A stretch of 64,000 bases of DNA from Candidatus Hadarchaeota archaeon (GTDB lineage Archaea > CAYQAE01 > CAYVLA01): assembly GCA_964452145.1 (NCBI GenBank), contig CAYVLA010000005.1, positions 21,459-85,458 on the forward strand, in the 5' to 3' direction. Of the stretch, positions 48,666 through 57,518 are shown piece by piece. Positions within the stretch are counted from its first letter, which is position 1; every line of letters starts with the position of its first letter. Both the position numbers and the translations under genes were made by a program. The notes below the pieces were generated by a model. The model was not told the DNA's origin. It saw only the letters and a list, made by a program, of their open reading frames with translations, and did no database searches.

Positions 48666-49565
48666 CTAGAGCCGGGAGGTGAGATAGTCCACAACAGCTT
48701 CGGCTATGTTGCGATCCGTCACCTCCTGAAGGCCACTCCAGCCAGGGAATGCGTTGACCTCGAGGATGAAGTACTCGCCTTCCAGCGAGGGCAGAACGTC
48801 GACGCCTACAACCTCGCCGCCCACTACCTCAGCAGCGTGGAGCGCCACATCGTCAACGTCGTCTTTGGACGGCAGCGCATGCGCCCCGGCGGCGATGTTC
48901 GTGCGCCAGCCCTCGGGATTGAAACGCCTCATCTTGGAGATCACCTCTCCCCCAACCACTAGGACTCTGATGTCATACTGAGGGTGTTGGATGAACTTCT
49001 GAACGTAGATGACATCCTTCCCGTACTTCGCCTGGAACCAAGAGACGTAGTCGACGATGTCACCCTCTCTCATACCTGGCGGGATCATGACGAGTCCCCT
49101 TCCCTGGAGGCCGGTAATGGGCTTCAGCACGCATGGGCTATTGGCCGTTATGAACTCCACTGCCAGGTGGACGCTCTCCGTGATCAGCGTCTGAGGCATC
49201 TTGACCCCATGGGAGACCAGCTTCAGAGTCATTGCGACCTTGTTGCGGCAGCTCTCCACGGCCTTGATGGAGTTCACGATTCTGGTGCCCCTGTCCTCAA
49301 GCTCTCTGAGCAGCTCCAGCTTGTAGAGTACCTCGGGTAGCTGATCGTAGCCTAGGGATATGAGGTACATCAGGTCAAATGACAGCTCTGCGTCCGGCCC
49401 TGTCAACGCCATGCGATCGTAGTAGTACTCGACCGATGGTCCTCTGGCGTGGGCTATGAATAGCCATGGGAAGAGTGCCTGATGGGGGAGGTGTCTGCGG
49501 GAGAGAGCCCTCCTCATCTCCTCAAGTCTCCAGCTTTCGGGATTCGTCCCCAACAATCCTATCAA
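48666..49565 (-). CDS. RimK/LysX/MptN-family ATP-grasp alpha-L-glutamate ligase
   Basis: KP..G.QGRG, YVQKFI, DIRVLVVGG, WRTNIA.G, GVD, LEVNAFPGW. Confidence 0.9.
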   Translation of the reverse strand: MIGLLGTNPESWRLEEMRRALSRRHLPHQALFPWLFIAHARGPSVEYYYDRMALTGPDAELSFDLMYLISLGYDQLPEVLYKLELLRELEDRGTRIVNSIKAVESCRNKVAMTLKLVSHGVKMPQTLITESVHLAVEFITANSPCVLKPITGLQGRGLVMIPPGMREGDIVDYVSWFQAKYGKDVIYVQKFIQHPQYDIRVLVVGGEVISKMRRFNPEGWRTNIAAGAHALPSKDDVDDVALHAAEVVGGEVVGVDVLPSLEGEYFILEVNAFPGWSGLQEVTDRNIAEAVVDYLTSRL

Positions 49566-49620
49566 CGCAAACCCTTGCCCGCCTGATGAAGCTTCAGAAC
49601 ATGATTCTTGGGCTCCGTCC

Positions 49621-51357
49621 CTAGCCCTGTCGGGCCGCTGCGATGCCGGATATCTCGGTCAGATGGCTGAGGAAAAGGTTGTAGCGAAGGTAGTCGTTCA
49701 GCTTGACGAAGTCCTCATCGTGGACCCTGGTGCCCAGTATTATGTGCGAAAGCTCGTGTGCCACCGGGTCTACCAGGAAGAGTGGGATCAGCTGTTTGGG
49801 CGCGTCTATGACCTTGTCCACAAACTCGTTGTTCGTGTTGAGATATATCTCGTCGGTTGACGAGAAGGACGGCTCGGCCTGGTTGCTGTATTCCACGAAG
49901 GATATCCTTATGCCCCGGGCCGTTATGGTGTTTGTTGCCAACCTGGCACCGCGAGGGGAGATCTTGGAAGATGGCCCTCTTCCATCCTGGGTCCTGCCAT
50001 CAACTTGAGCGGGGATCGTTTGGGGGCCCTGGACCGGTGCACGGGCGACGGGATCGGGTCTGGGGACTCTCACCGTGATTCCGGTCTGCTCGTAGATCCG
50101 TTCCGGGTCGATAAGTTTGAAGGCCTGCCTGACCAGCCTGCCAGCCGAACTCAACAGAACCCGGGTTCTCTCGGAGGAAGCAGAGGAGTCAACTCTTCCA
50201 CCCACCTCCACATCTAGGATGCACCTGGCATCGGGATGCACCATTCTGATCAGGTGGGGCACATACTCGTCCAGCGCCAAGACCACGGTGTAGCCGTTCA
50301 GGACGGCCATTTCGGCTTGATCATCGTGGCTATTGGTGAATACGATATCCCCCTTCAGATCGCCAATCCTCTTCTCCCCGATACTGATAGCCTCCACCGG
50401 CATCTTGGCCGCTATGGGCGTCACCCTGTGAGTTCGTGCAAAATGCTTGAAGGTCTCAAGGTAGGACCTCAACACCTGGTCATCCTCGCTGAGGGCGATC
50501 ATCTCCTTTCTGAGCACGGCGCGCAGGCCCTTGACGAAGAGCTCGTAGTCCTCGTTCTCAATTATGTTGTTCCGGTCGCTCGTCTCCTTGAGGAAGTCGG
50601 CGTTGACGAATCCGCCGATCCCTCCAAACACGCGGTCGACGACCTTCACGTAGTTGACGCAGATGCTGAGGCGCTCCACCTTTCCCGTCAGTACACCGAC
50701 GCCCCTGACTTCGTTTGCGTCCTTCACGGCGAATCTGATGTCGAAGCGTTTTCCCTCGGGTAGCTGCTCCCTGAGGGAGGAGCCGTTGACCCTCACATCG
50801 AAGTCCTCGAAGAAGATCGTCAGTAGGCCGCCCGTGTCGCACAGATAGGTGTAGACCTCGCTGGACCTTATCTTACGGTGGAGTTCGGTTATCGTCCACT
50901 TGGTGCCGTTGTGGTCCCAGAGAGGCGACACTTCATGGACCTTGACCGACCTCGACCCGCGAATCATCTCGATGAAGTGGGCTTGGCCATCGGCTTGCGT
51001 ATAGATCACCGCCTTGTTACCCAGCTGGGCCCAAGACAGCCGCCCAATTCCCTTGCCCCCTATGTAGGGCCTTCCACGTGAGCTCTGCTTGATCTCATCC
51101 TTGACGTCGGAACCGATTATAAGGAACTCCTCTATCAGTTCCCCGTCCATTCCCGTCCCATCGTCCTCTATCTCGATGACGTCTGGCTGAATGTTTACCT
51201 CCACCTTCTTGGCATCCGCATCGAAGGGGTTCTGGATGATCAGCTCCCTGAAAGCCTCCAGATAGGAAGTGTAGAGCCTTTCGCTGAGCTCCTCGAAAAT
51301 GCGATCCTGGTCCACTTTCAACTCTAGACTCGTGCCCGTAGTCGGCCGCTTCTTCAA
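49621..51357 (-). CDS. GHKL (Hsp90/MutL/MORC-type) ATPase fused to a C-terminal HExxH zincin-like domain
   Basis: RELIIQNPFDA, IEDDGTGM, GGKGIG, NGT; C-terminal VAHELSHIILGTRVHDEDF. Confidence 0.82.
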   Translation of the reverse strand: MKKRPTTGTSLELKVDQDRIFEELSERLYTSYLEAFRELIIQNPFDADAKKVEVNIQPDVIEIEDDGTGMDGELIEEFLIIGSDVKDEIKQSSRGRPYIGGKGIGRLSWAQLGNKAVIYTQADGQAHFIEMIRGSRSVKVHEVSPLWDHNGTKWTITELHRKIRSSEVYTYLCDTGGLLTIFFEDFDVRVNGSSLREQLPEGKRFDIRFAVKDANEVRGVGVLTGKVERLSICVNYVKVVDRVFGGIGGFVNADFLKETSDRNNIIENEDYELFVKGLRAVLRKEMIALSEDDQVLRSYLETFKHFARTHRVTPIAAKMPVEAISIGEKRIGDLKGDIVFTNSHDDQAEMAVLNGYTVVLALDEYVPHLIRMVHPDARCILDVEVGGRVDSSASSERTRVLLSSAGRLVRQAFKLIDPERIYEQTGITVRVPRPDPVARAPVQGPQTIPAQVDGRTQDGRGPSSKISPRGARLATNTITARGIRISFVEYSNQAEPSFSSTDEIYLNTNNEFVDKVIDAPKQLIPLFLVDPVAHELSHIILGTRVHDEDFVKLNDYLRYNLFLSHLTEISGIAAARQG

Positions 51358-51528
51358 TAGGGGAACCTCCCAAGCGAGGCTGACCGATGATCTCGTCCCG
51401 CTCTCTTAAATCTCACTAGCGCCACTCCTCCGATTGCGAAAGTCCGGGGCCAGATATGAAAGATGCCCCGCTCCGTATGTCCAACTTTGCGAAAGCCACG
51501 GCGTCGTGGATCGACGAAGGGGATGGTC

Positions 51529-52623
51529 CTAGGCCTTGCAGCTGATGCCCGCCTTTCGAGTCCTGTACCTATGGTAGTGGCTTGCGTTATCCCAGGGCAC
51601 ATCGGGCGGGATCCAGTGATCAGCGCGAGGGAAGTATCCACCAGACTTCACGACCGGCCAGACCCTATCCACCTCCCTCTCGATCCGCTCCTTCCCCTCG
51701 GCCAGAGCCCTCTTGTCGATGCCGCCCATCATGACCAACCTACGGCCGTAGAACTTCCGCAGCTCAACAACATCCATGTGGGATTGGACCTCAAGTGGCC
51801 ATATGCCGTTCAACCCGGCCCTAAGCCACAGCGGAATCAAGGACCTTACGTCACCGTCGCTGTCGACGCAGATCAAGTCAACTCCCCGCGAGCGGAGGAA
51901 GTCACAGACGATCCTGTACCTGGGCAGCATGAACTCCTTGAAAAGGTCGGGCGCTATCATCGGGCCATTCCTGTAGGCCATGTCCTCCCAGAAGCCGAAG
52001 GCGTCCAGTTCGACATCGTTCAACACCTTCTTGAGTAAGGCAAGAATGACATCCACGCGTTGGTCCATCATTTTCTCCACGAACCTCGGTTCCTCGTAGA
52101 AAGCCCTGCACAACCTCTTGAGGCCAACGAGGTTGCGCAGGGGGCCGAAGAATCCTCCCCACCTGCCCTGGAAGTACATCAGTGGTGCGGTTCTCTTCTG
52201 CCATTCCTTGACTCTAGCGTCCCAATCTGCCGGGAACCTTCGATCCAACTTTGGGGCAAGCCTCTTCCGAACGAGGCGATCGAAGTCCTCTTCTGTTTCG
52301 ACCGGGAATCTCACAAACTGGGGCATGCTTGACCATTCCCTGCCCCCCTTGAACTCCCGTCTCACCACGCCATCGGGGTCCACGTAGAGGATCGTTTCGA
52401 CGCTCTCTTGAATGACCTTCCGTTCAAAGGGAGGACAGGGGCCTGCGGAGACGGAAATGTTCAAGACGGGATCCAAGGAAAAGATCTCCGTGATCGGGCG
52501 ACCGTCCCAGCCCTCCCGGCGCCATCTCTCGGCGGTCTCGGGCCACATCCCTTCGTCCGAGATGAAGGGACGATCAGGCTTCTCGAAATGCATCACGGCA
52601 CGATACCTTTGCCGGGCATCCAT
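51529..52623 (-). CDS. Uroporphyrinogen decarboxylase family protein (second copy)
   Basis: R.RY.A.M.F..PDR, WEDMAY, DSDGD, GGIDK, GGYFP..DH.IPPDV. Confidence 0.85.
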   Translation of the reverse strand: MDARQRYRAVMHFEKPDRPFISDEGMWPETAERWRREGWDGRPITEIFSLDPVLNISVSAGPCPPFERKVIQESVETILYVDPDGVVRREFKGGREWSSMPQFVRFPVETEEDFDRLVRKRLAPKLDRRFPADWDARVKEWQKRTAPLMYFQGRWGGFFGPLRNLVGLKRLCRAFYEEPRFVEKMMDQRVDVILALLKKVLNDVELDAFGFWEDMAYRNGPMIAPDLFKEFMLPRYRIVCDFLRSRGVDLICVDSDGDVRSLIPLWLRAGLNGIWPLEVQSHMDVVELRKFYGRRLVMMGGIDKRALAEGKERIEREVDRVWPVVKSGGYFPRADHWIPPDVPWDNASHYHRYRTRKAGISCKA

Positions 52624-53160
52624 CCTCGCTGGACAAGCTCACTCGAGACTTAAATGGATTTGTCGGGTCATGCCGGTGGGGAAGTGGCGTGCCCGTTCCG
52701 ATCAGAGATTCCATTGCCATGTTCATGACCCTTGAGGCGACCTTGCAAGTCTGAGGGCCAATGTCGAATCCTCCGGGCCCCGCCAGTCAGTCTGAAGTGC
52801 CCGACCTATGAGAGCCCCGTTGACTCGTCGTCCGACTCACATCGACCTTCACGCAGCATGTGGAACATGACCAAGCCGGGCTGACACTTCTCATGAAGAT
52901 GCGTTTTCTCTACCCCTTCCTGGTGGCCTTTGCGACGCATCGAGTGGCAATCCCTCACCGTTCGTGTCGAATCCCATTGCGCCCGGCTGAACTTAACGTG
53001 AGCGATCCAAGTAACTGATCATACCTCGTACCGAGTCCGGGAGGAAGGCGCCGAATCAGTGTGAAGCCAGACAAGAAGATGGAGTAGCAGAGCACGAAAA
53101 CCCGGAAGAATGCTGTTGCGTCGCAGCATGAGATGTGAGAACGGCACGCGAGACGCTGGA

Positions 53161-53182
53161 AAAAAGGAAACAATTTTAAAAA
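53161..53182 (+). promoter_or_regulatory. BRE/TATA promoter of the KamA / ATP-grasp locus, followed by a ~330-370 nt leader
   Basis: AAAAAGGAAACAATTTTAAAAA; one of the most AT-rich elements seen in the window. Confidence 0.55.
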
Positions 53183-53538
53183 TGGGACGCGCCACTCTCC
53201 TCCTGAGGTCGGAACGCAAACAGAGAGAGATGATTAAGGCCTCACAGGGAAGAAGCCAAGGATCGTATCATTCTCATCCGCAAGGCAGATGATTAACGTC
53301 GAATATGTTTCTCCTTTCTGGGCAACTGATGAACTTCCGAGTGGGAGGTGCCGCCCATCAATCTGGGTGGAGCCCAATGCTCCGTATGAGCATGTCTCGT
53401 GCTTCACGATCATCGCGTGGTCGCCCGCCCATCATCATAGAGATCATGACGCGCGCGGGCCTCTTGGGTGACTGGGTCCCCGATTCTGGATCCGATTTCT
53501 GCTGGACGCATCTCTGCGCTCAGGAGGTATCACGGTAG

Positions 53539-55758
53539 TTGATTGTCTGTCACGAATCCCTGAGAAGGGCTGGAAAGATGGACGCGGATGAGGACCATTC
53601 CGATCCGGAGAGAAGCAGTTGGAATGGAGGGGGGAACGGTAATGGGGGCGGCTCGGTATACGAGAGGCTGAGAGAGCTCAACGGCAACATGGAGGAGATC
53701 GATCGGGTCAAGAGAAGGTATCCGATGAAGATAACGAGATACTATCTCAGCCTGATCAAGCAGAAAGGCGATCCGATATGGAAACAGGCCGTCCCTGCTG
53801 CTGAGGAGCTTGAAGACACTTTCAACGTGGAGGACCCACTGAAGGAAGAGGAATACACACCGGTGCCATACCTCGTACACAAGTACCCTGACAGAGTACT
53901 GCTGCTTGCGAGCAGTTCCTGTGCCATGTACTGCAGGTTCTGCACGAGGAAGAGGAAGGTAGGGGGAATACAGCAGATCCCGATGCAGGACATCTTCAGA
54001 GCGATAGAGTACATCAAGGAACACAGAGAGGTCCGAGACGTTATCGTATCGGGGGGCGATCCGCTCATGAGGCCCGACAACGAGATAGAGGAGATCCTGA
54101 AGAGGCTCAGGGAGATTCCTCATCTCGACATAATCCGGATCGGAACCAGAATGCCCTGTGTCGCCCCACAGAGAATCACTCAGCGGTTGGTGGACATGCT
54201 CAGGAGGTACCATCCCCTCTTCGTGAACGTGCACTTCAACCATCCCGCCGAGATCACTCCGGAGTCATCTGCTGCTTTGAACCTTCTGGCGGACGCAGGG
54301 ATACCGCTCGGCAGTCAGACCGTGCTCCTAAGGGGCGTCAACGACGATCCCCAGGTGATGATGGAGCTGATGCAGAAGCTCATAAAGAACCGCGTCAAGC
54401 CCTACTACATCTACCAGTGCGACCTTGTGAAGGGCGTTGAACACTTCAGGACGTCGGTAGAAACGGGTATAGAGATAATGAGAAGCCTTCAGGGTTTCAC
54501 CTCGGGGCTATGTTTGCCCCACTTCGTGATAGACGGCCCCGGGGGCAAGGTCCCCATATCGCCCCAGTACGTGAAGGAGATAACCCCGGACCAGATCGTA
54601 GTGACCAACTTCATGAACAATCTCTACACCTACCCCGGACTCGTCCGAAACCAGGACAAGCAACTGCTCAACAAGAAGGTGAGGAGGATCGGGATCGCCT
54701 TCAACCTCAAGAAGGAGGTCAACGGGAAGGACAGATTCGACAGATACGCAGAGTTCGACGACCTTGACACCATAAATGCGATAAGAATGGCGATCGAGAG
54801 GGCCGGATACGATGTGGTGCTGCTGGAGGCCGATCAAGACTTCATGCTCAGTCTGAGGAACTCGGGTGTGGACTTCGTCTTCAACATCGCCGAGGGCATT
54901 CACGGTGAGTGCAGGGAGTCTCATGTTCCCGCGATCCTCGAGATGTTCAATATCCCGTACACTGGCTCCGGCGTTCTCACACAGGCCATTACGCTGGACA
55001 AGAGCAGGAAAAAGGAGATACTCGACTACTACGGCATACCAACCCCCAAGTGGCAGGTATTCAAGAACACCAACCAGAAGCCGAACCCGAATCTGCGTTT
55101 CCCCCTCATAGTGAAACCGGATGCCGAGGGCTCGAGCGTCGGGATCACCAACGATAGCCTGGTCTTCGATGCGGCCGCCCTGAAGAAGCAGGTGAGCAAG
55201 ATCCTCAGGGACTACGATCAGCCCGCGCTTGTCGAGGAGTACATCGACGGAAGAGAGTTCACGGTCTCGCTCCTCGGTAACCCGCCGAAGGTTCTGCCCA
55301 TCGTTGAGATAAACTTCGACCACCTTCCCGACAACATCCGCAAGTTCGATTCCTGGGAGGCCAAGTGGGTCTACGACAATCCCAACAGCCCGATCGATGC
55401 CGTGATCGTTCCCGCGGATCTGAAGCCCAAGCTCAAGGCACAGATCGAGAAGGTCGCCAAGCAGACCTTCGAGAAACTCGGGTGCGTCGACCTAGCGAGG
55501 ATAGACATCCGCCTGGATGGGGATGGGGTGCCTAACGTCCTCGATGTGAACGCCCTACCCGGGCTGATGCCGGACCCGAAGAAGAACTCCCGGTTCCCAC
55601 GATCCTGCTACGCAGCAGGGATGATCTACGACGATATCATCCTCGCCATTCTCCATTCTGCAATGAAGAGGTACAACCTGGTTCTGGAGCCCGTGAATGA
55701 GCGCATCAGGACAAGAGTTAACGGCAAGACGACCTCACTGGCGGGAGAAGCCCCCTGA
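53539..55758 (+). CDS. Fusion: KamA-family radical-SAM/PLP 2,3-aminomutase + D-Ala-D-Ala-ligase-like ATP-grasp domain
   Basis: HKYPDRVL, CAMYCRFCTRKR, SGGDPL, RIGTR, HFNHP, YYIYQCD, GGKVP; then FNIAEG, PYTGS, LIVKP..EGSSVGI, EEYIDGRE, ARIDIR, DVNALPG. Start is TTG 53539 (GGAGGT RBS) or ATG 53578. Confidence 0.92.
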   Translation: MIVCHESLRRAGKMDADEDHSDPERSSWNGGGNGNGGGSVYERLRELNGNMEEIDRVKRRYPMKITRYYLSLIKQKGDPIWKQAVPAAEELEDTFNVEDPLKEEEYTPVPYLVHKYPDRVLLLASSSCAMYCRFCTRKRKVGGIQQIPMQDIFRAIEYIKEHREVRDVIVSGGDPLMRPDNEIEEILKRLREIPHLDIIRIGTRMPCVAPQRITQRLVDMLRRYHPLFVNVHFNHPAEITPESSAALNLLADAGIPLGSQTVLLRGVNDDPQVMMELMQKLIKNRVKPYYIYQCDLVKGVEHFRTSVETGIEIMRSLQGFTSGLCLPHFVIDGPGGKVPISPQYVKEITPDQIVVTNFMNNLYTYPGLVRNQDKQLLNKKVRRIGIAFNLKKEVNGKDRFDRYAEFDDLDTINAIRMAIERAGYDVVLLEADQDFMLSLRNSGVDFVFNIAEGIHGECRESHVPAILEMFNIPYTGSGVLTQAITLDKSRKKEILDYYGIPTPKWQVFKNTNQKPNPNLRFPLIVKPDAEGSSVGITNDSLVFDAAALKKQVSKILRDYDQPALVEEYIDGREFTVSLLGNPPKVLPIVEINFDHLPDNIRKFDSWEAKWVYDNPNSPIDAVIVPADLKPKLKAQIEKVAKQTFEKLGCVDLARIDIRLDGDGVPNVLDVNALPGLMPDPKKNSRFPRSCYAAGMIYDDIILAILHSAMKRYNLVLEPVNERIRTRVNGKTTSLAGEAP

Positions 55759-55818
55759 GGTGCGGGCGGCCAGCCCGCCTCTGTAGATCGTCATGCTTAG
55801 TTCCCGGGTGGAAGAACA

Positions 55819-57378
55819 ATGAAAGTTGGCATCCTCTACAACGTGGTCGAGCAGGTGGAGAGGGGCCTAGACTCCGACAAGCAATCGGACAATGAGATAC
55901 TGGACATCCAACACCATGTCCGGGCAGCGCTGCAAGGCGATCACGAAGTGATCCCGGTCAAGGTGGGAAGGACGATCTTCACACAGCTGGACAAGGAAAG
56001 CTTCGATATCATCTACAACCTTTGCGAAGGGTATATGGGCAGAGTGCAAGGCGAATCGTGGATGGCAGCCTTTCTGGATCTGCTGGGCATACCCTATACG
56101 GGGTCCGATTCATTCACCCTGGGCCTGTGCCTTGACAAGGCACGCACCAATGACACGCTCAAGGCCAACGGGATTCCGACCCCCAGGTATCAGGTCTTTG
56201 TCCACCCGGACGAGGTCATTGATCCTGCCATGGCGTTTCCCCTCATAGTCAAGCCGTTACACGAGGACGGCAGCCTTGGGATAGACCAGGGCTCCGTCGT
56301 GGGCACCGAGGACAAGCTGCGGGCGCGGGCTGGCTACATCATCAAGACCTATCGTCAGCCGGCGTTGGCAGAGGAGTTCATCGATGGCAGGGAGCTGAAC
56401 GTCGCGATAATGGGCAATCCGCCGGAGTTGGAGATCCTTCCAGTATCCGAGATAGTCTTCGATATGAAGAACGGCAGCCACCGCATAGTGGATTTCGAAG
56501 CCAAGTGGGTAGTGACATCTGAAAGCTACAGATCAACAAGAGGTGTGTGCCCCGCTGAACTCGACAAGCATCTGGAGGACAGGATCAAGGAGATCGCGAT
56601 CAAAGCCTACCTTGTGACCGGATGCAGGGATTACGCAAGGGTGGACATCAGGCTGAGGGACGATTGCCCCTATGTGCTCGAAGTAAACCCCAACCCGGGG
56701 ATAAGCCCTGACAGCGGTTTCGCAAGGAGCTCGAAGGCCTACGGCCTGGATTACGACCAGATGATACGAAGGATACTGCATCATGCCACTGTTCGGACCA
56801 AGCTGGGGGCTAGATCTGGGCATAGGAAGAGAGGGTTCGAGACCGACAAGTTGAGGGCCAGGGACATCAAGCTCGACGATATACCCGTCCTGCAGCAATG
56901 GTTCAATGACACGGTGGTGTCGAAGTTCATGGACGATCCCGGCTCCATCCAGACGGAGGAGGGCCTGATAGAGAAGTTCTTCGTCAGGATCCCAAAGGAC
57001 ATGGACCTGCTGATAGAAGCGAAGAGCACGGGCAACCCCCTGGGTTACTGCTCAATATATGGCATCGATAGAGTGAACGACAGCGCAGAGATATCTTTCC
57101 TCATAGGTGACAGCACACAACGCGGGAAGGGCTACGGCAATGAGATCGTCAGACTCATCTTGCGCATATGCTTTGTTGACCTCGGTCTCAACAGGGTCGT
57201 TGCATCGGCAACCACGGAGAACGTCAGGTCGATCAAGGCACTTGAGACCGCAGGCTTCAGGAGGGTGGGGCTCCTCAGGGAGTATCAGGTCGTGGATGGC
57301 AAGAAGTACGATGAGGTGCTCTTCGAGATGCTAAAGGAGGAATACCTCAGACTGAACCCTCTGCCAAGACCCGCCTAG
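55819..57378 (+). CDS. Fusion: D-Ala-D-Ala-ligase-like ATP-grasp + RimJ/RimL/SpeG-type GNAT acetyltransferase
   Basis: YNLCEG, PYTGS, LIVKP..EDGSLGI, EEFIDGRE, ARVDIR, LEVNPNP; then QRGKGYG, LGLNRV, EN..SI..LE..GF. Confidence 0.92.
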   Translation: MKVGILYNVVEQVERGLDSDKQSDNEILDIQHHVRAALQGDHEVIPVKVGRTIFTQLDKESFDIIYNLCEGYMGRVQGESWMAAFLDLLGIPYTGSDSFTLGLCLDKARTNDTLKANGIPTPRYQVFVHPDEVIDPAMAFPLIVKPLHEDGSLGIDQGSVVGTEDKLRARAGYIIKTYRQPALAEEFIDGRELNVAIMGNPPELEILPVSEIVFDMKNGSHRIVDFEAKWVVTSESYRSTRGVCPAELDKHLEDRIKEIAIKAYLVTGCRDYARVDIRLRDDCPYVLEVNPNPGISPDSGFARSSKAYGLDYDQMIRRILHHATVRTKLGARSGHRKRGFETDKLRARDIKLDDIPVLQQWFNDTVVSKFMDDPGSIQTEEGLIEKFFVRIPKDMDLLIEAKSTGNPLGYCSIYGIDRVNDSAEISFLIGDSTQRGKGYGNEIVRLILRICFVDLGLNRVVASATTENVRSIKALETAGFRRVGLLREYQVVDGKKYDEVLFEMLKEEYLRLNPLPRPA

Positions 57379-57518
57379 TTGATCGATGTCCTGCGTCTGG
57401 GGGACTACTCAGTCCTGATCATGTGGCGAGCCTCGCGGGCGCAGCGACGCAGCGGCGCAGACAATCGTTTTAAGCCTGCGAGGCAGTAGTAATCGGTCTG
57501 CGTAGGGAGGACGGGCGC

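Noticed and set aside
48666..49565. RimK-type ATP-grasp as part of the KamA/ATP-grasp system or a graspetide cluster
   Set aside because: Opposite strand, ~4 kb away, a different ATP-grasp subfamily common in archaea, and no precursor peptide adjacent
52675..52830. Possible permuted or split tRNA, or a tmRNA 5' end on the minus strand
   Set aside because: No complementary acceptor half, D arm or anticodon arm nearby and no tmRNA 3' end; only the short 3'-like fragment is kept, as a weak finding
53163..53195. Resemblance to the c-di-GMP-I (GEMM) riboswitch P2 region (GGAAAC...GGGACGC)
   Set aside because: It lacks the GNRA tetraloop and the following AAAGC/P3 stem; it is better explained as BRE/TATA
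53539..54660. EpmB (EF-P beta-lysylation) or simple ablA osmolyte gene
   Set aside because: No epmA or efp nearby and archaea use aIF5A; the fusion to an ATP-grasp and the RimL-type GNAT do not fit the plain ablAB pair
55756..55821. The two ATP-grasp fusion genes are in the same frame, with a hairpin after the TGA
   Set aside because: A second in-frame stop (TAG) lies in the spacer and the second gene has its own RBS-like GGTGGA, so readthrough is unlikely
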